From contig CAWULR010000003.1 of the NCBI GenBank assembly GCA_963923845.1, positions 1-35,996 on the forward strand: DNA of 35,996 nt, read 5' to 3'. Below the pieces are notes generated by a model. The model was not told the DNA's origin. It did no database searches and saw nothing but the letters and a program-made list of their open reading frames with translations. Source of the DNA: an uncultured bacterium (GTDB lineage Bacteria > Chloroflexota > Limnocylindria > Limnocylindrales > Limnocylindraceae). The position numbers were made by a program, and so were the translations under genes. This document shows, piece by piece, positions 34,189 to 35,996 of the stretch (its first letter is position 1; the number at the start of each line of letters is the position of its first letter).

Positions 34189-35994
34189 TCAAGGTTGCGC
34201 GCTGGGCAGCTCGATGACTGGAGCGGCCGTCGGCGCAACCGAGGGCGTGTCGCCGGGAGCGACGCTGCCGCCGAGCACCGCGCTTCGGATGCGGTTCTTC
34301 TCGGCGAACACGAACGTCGGCGCGCCGCCGTCGGCGGCAAGCGAGAGGTATCCGTCGACGATCGAGATGGTGGCGTCATCGTCCGAGCGAAGCCTGTACT
34401 GCGCGAGCACGGCGCCGGAACTTCCCTTGCTGTACGCAAGCATGCGCTGGTTCTTGCTGTCCCACGCGAAGATCACGCCGGTCCGGCTCGCGCCCGCAGA
34501 GAGGATCAGGCTGATCTCCGGTGCGCTGCGCAACGCGCCGTCTCCCGGGTCAGCGGCCGACCACTCGTCGATTGCACCGCCAACGTATCGAACGATCGCG
34601 CCCTGTTGCGAGAGGTAGAGGTCGCCGTCGATCGCAAGGCTGTCGACGTTGGCGAGCGACGTTGGGTTGATCAGATACCCGGTCGGCGGAGCCGGATAGC
34701 CCGTGCCGTCGGGCGCGGGCGCGTAACGGAGGATCTGCCGTGCAGATGGGTCGACTGCATAGAGGCGATAGAGCCCCGTTCCTTCGTCTGCGGCAAACCC
34801 GGCGATGTGTTTCACGTCGCTTCCCCACAGCTCTCCGTCGCGGACCCGCAGCTTCACGAGTGTTCCCTTGCCGCTTGCGTCCGCAGGTCGCCAACGCCAG
34901 AGATTCGACGATGCGTCGAAGATCACCAGGTCGGGCCCCGCGGACATGATCGCCTGCGCTCGTCCCGTCCTGCTGCCGTACAGGTCGTATCCCGGCTGAA
35001 AGACGACTGTTGCTCGCGGATTCGGTTGCGCTCCAGGATCGACGCGGTATACGGCGCCCGAGTAGTCGTCGATGATGTACGAGTAGCCGTCCGGTCCCTG
35101 TGTCATGGCGGTGATGGAGATCGGCACGCTGGCCGTAGAGAAGTCGAAGACCTCCATAACGCTCGCCTCGGTGAGGAAGAAGATCTGATTGAGCGCGGGG
35201 GCCATCTGGGTTCTCAGCGCTGCGATCTCGCTCGCCGACGCTCCGCCGGATTCGGCGATGTTCAAGCCCTCGGTTGCAGCGATCAGGAGCTTCCGTGCAC
35301 GTTCAGGATCGTTGTCGAGCAGGTCGGTTCTCGGATCGAGTGCTTCGACGATCGCCTGACGAGCCTCCTCCAATGCCTTGCGCGCCGACGCCGCGTCGTC
35401 GAGGTTCGGGCTCGCCTGGTTGAGGTAAAGCGCCGCGCCGCCTCCCAAGCCGGCGATGAGCACGGCGGCGAGCAGAGCGGAGGCGGTGATGCGGCGAGTT
35501 CGCGTCGTGCCGTCGTCGTCCGAACGCTTCGGCGATACGTACTCGGACCCGAGTCGCGGCGGCGCAACCTTGCTGGCGAGCGCCGGAAAGCGTCGCTCGA
35601 GTCGTTCGGCGAACGCGGTCGCCGCACGGCGGAACGGCGACGGCCCGGTTGCAGGACGCTCGGCCCACGAGCGTTCGATCTGCGGCTCGGACCCCGGACC
35701 GCGCTCGGCCCGCGCCTTCGCTGCACGCCGCGCCGCATCTCGCGCTCGGCTCTCCCGACTCGGTCGAGGAGCACGTGCTTCGGACCCGCGGGGCGAGGTG
35801 CGCGCACGCACGCCGCCGCTGCGCCGCTGGGCGATCACCTCCTGGGCGGCTCGATCGATCGGCGTATACGGCGTTGTCGCACCCTCTGTTCGACGCTGCT
35901 CCCCGGTCGGTTTCGGCGGGACCGCTGCGGCGATCTGCTCGCTTCGTTCGTCGTTTCCCTCCTCCCACCGGGCCCGGGCTCTCGCCTTCGCCTG
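34189..35994 (-). CDS. Membrane-anchored protein with a disordered cytoplasmic region, one TM helix and an extracytoplasmic beta-propeller-like domain; 5'-partial
   Basis: Frame stays open from the window edge to the TGA at 34189. TM segment ITASALLAAVLIAGLGGGAALYL, then NHL/propeller-like strands (YSYIIDDYSGAVYRV, LYAVDPSARQILRY, SLAIDGDLYL). Confidence 0.75.
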   Translation of the reverse strand, partial: QAKARARARWEEGNDERSEQIAAAVPPKPTGEQRRTEGATTPYTPIDRAAQEVIAQRRSGGVRARTSPRGSEARAPRPSRESRARDAARRAAKARAERGPGSEPQIERSWAERPATGPSPFRRAATAFAERLERRFPALASKVAPPRLGSEYVSPKRSDDDGTTRTRRITASALLAAVLIAGLGGGAALYLNQASPNLDDAASARKALEEARQAIVEALDPRTDLLDNDPERARKLLIAATEGLNIAESGGASASEIAALRTQMAPALNQIFFLTEASVMEVFDFSTASVPISITAMTQGPDGYSYIIDDYSGAVYRVDPGAQPNPRATVVFQPGYDLYGSRTGRAQAIMSAGPDLVIFDASSNLWRWRPADASGKGTLVKLRVRDGELWGSDVKHIAGFAADEGTGLYRLYAVDPSARQILRYAPAPDGTGYPAPPTGYLINPTSLANVDSLAIDGDLYLSQQGAIVRYVGGAIDEWSAADPGDGALRSAPEISLILSAGASRTGVIFAWDSKNQRMLAYSKGSSGAVLAQYRLRSDDDATISIVDGYLSLAADGGAPTFVFAEKNRIRSAVLGGSVAPGDTPSVAPTAAPVIELPSAQP

Positions 35995-35996
35995 CG

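Noticed and set aside
1-35996. CRISPR arrays, tRNA/rRNA, prophage or defence genes
   Set aside because: No regularly spaced repeats or RNA-gene signatures were seen by eye, and nearly all sequence is accounted for by housekeeping CDSs with spacers under about 130 nt.

Overview
GC-rich, very tightly packed bacterial chromosomal window with many ATGA/GTGA stop-start overlaps. Gene content is suggestive of Chloroflexota, but that assignment is inference only. Left to right it holds: the 3' end of a KimA/YdaO-type transporter; an hspR-lon-NUDIX operon; an actinobacterial-style phosphatidylinositol/PIM lipid cluster (ArsR, pgsA, ino1, two PatA-like acyltransferases, a PHP phosphoesterase, pimA); a complete respiratory complex I operon; a MidA/NDUFAF7 methyltransferase; a divergent PurH; a double GT-C glycosyltransferase fusion with a divergent GT2; a DUF151 nuclease; and a partial membrane-anchored protein. 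The most striking feature is the complex I operon, ordered nuoA-B-C-D-H-[I'::E]-F*-[G'/GltD::'I]-J-K-L-M-N. There is no intact nuoI. A nuoE-nuoF-nuoG/GltD cassette appears to sit inside nuoI, so the N-terminal half of NuoI is fused to a degenerate NuoE and the C-terminal half is fused to a NuoG/GltD (NfnB/StnC-like) flavoprotein. NuoE and NuoF have lost canonical cofactor ligands, while the GltD FAD/NADPH domain is intact. This suggests a re-wired, possibly NADPH-fed complex I whose NuoI 2x[4Fe-4S] ferredoxin is assembled from two polypeptides. No RNA genes, CRISPR arrays or mobile elements were recognised.
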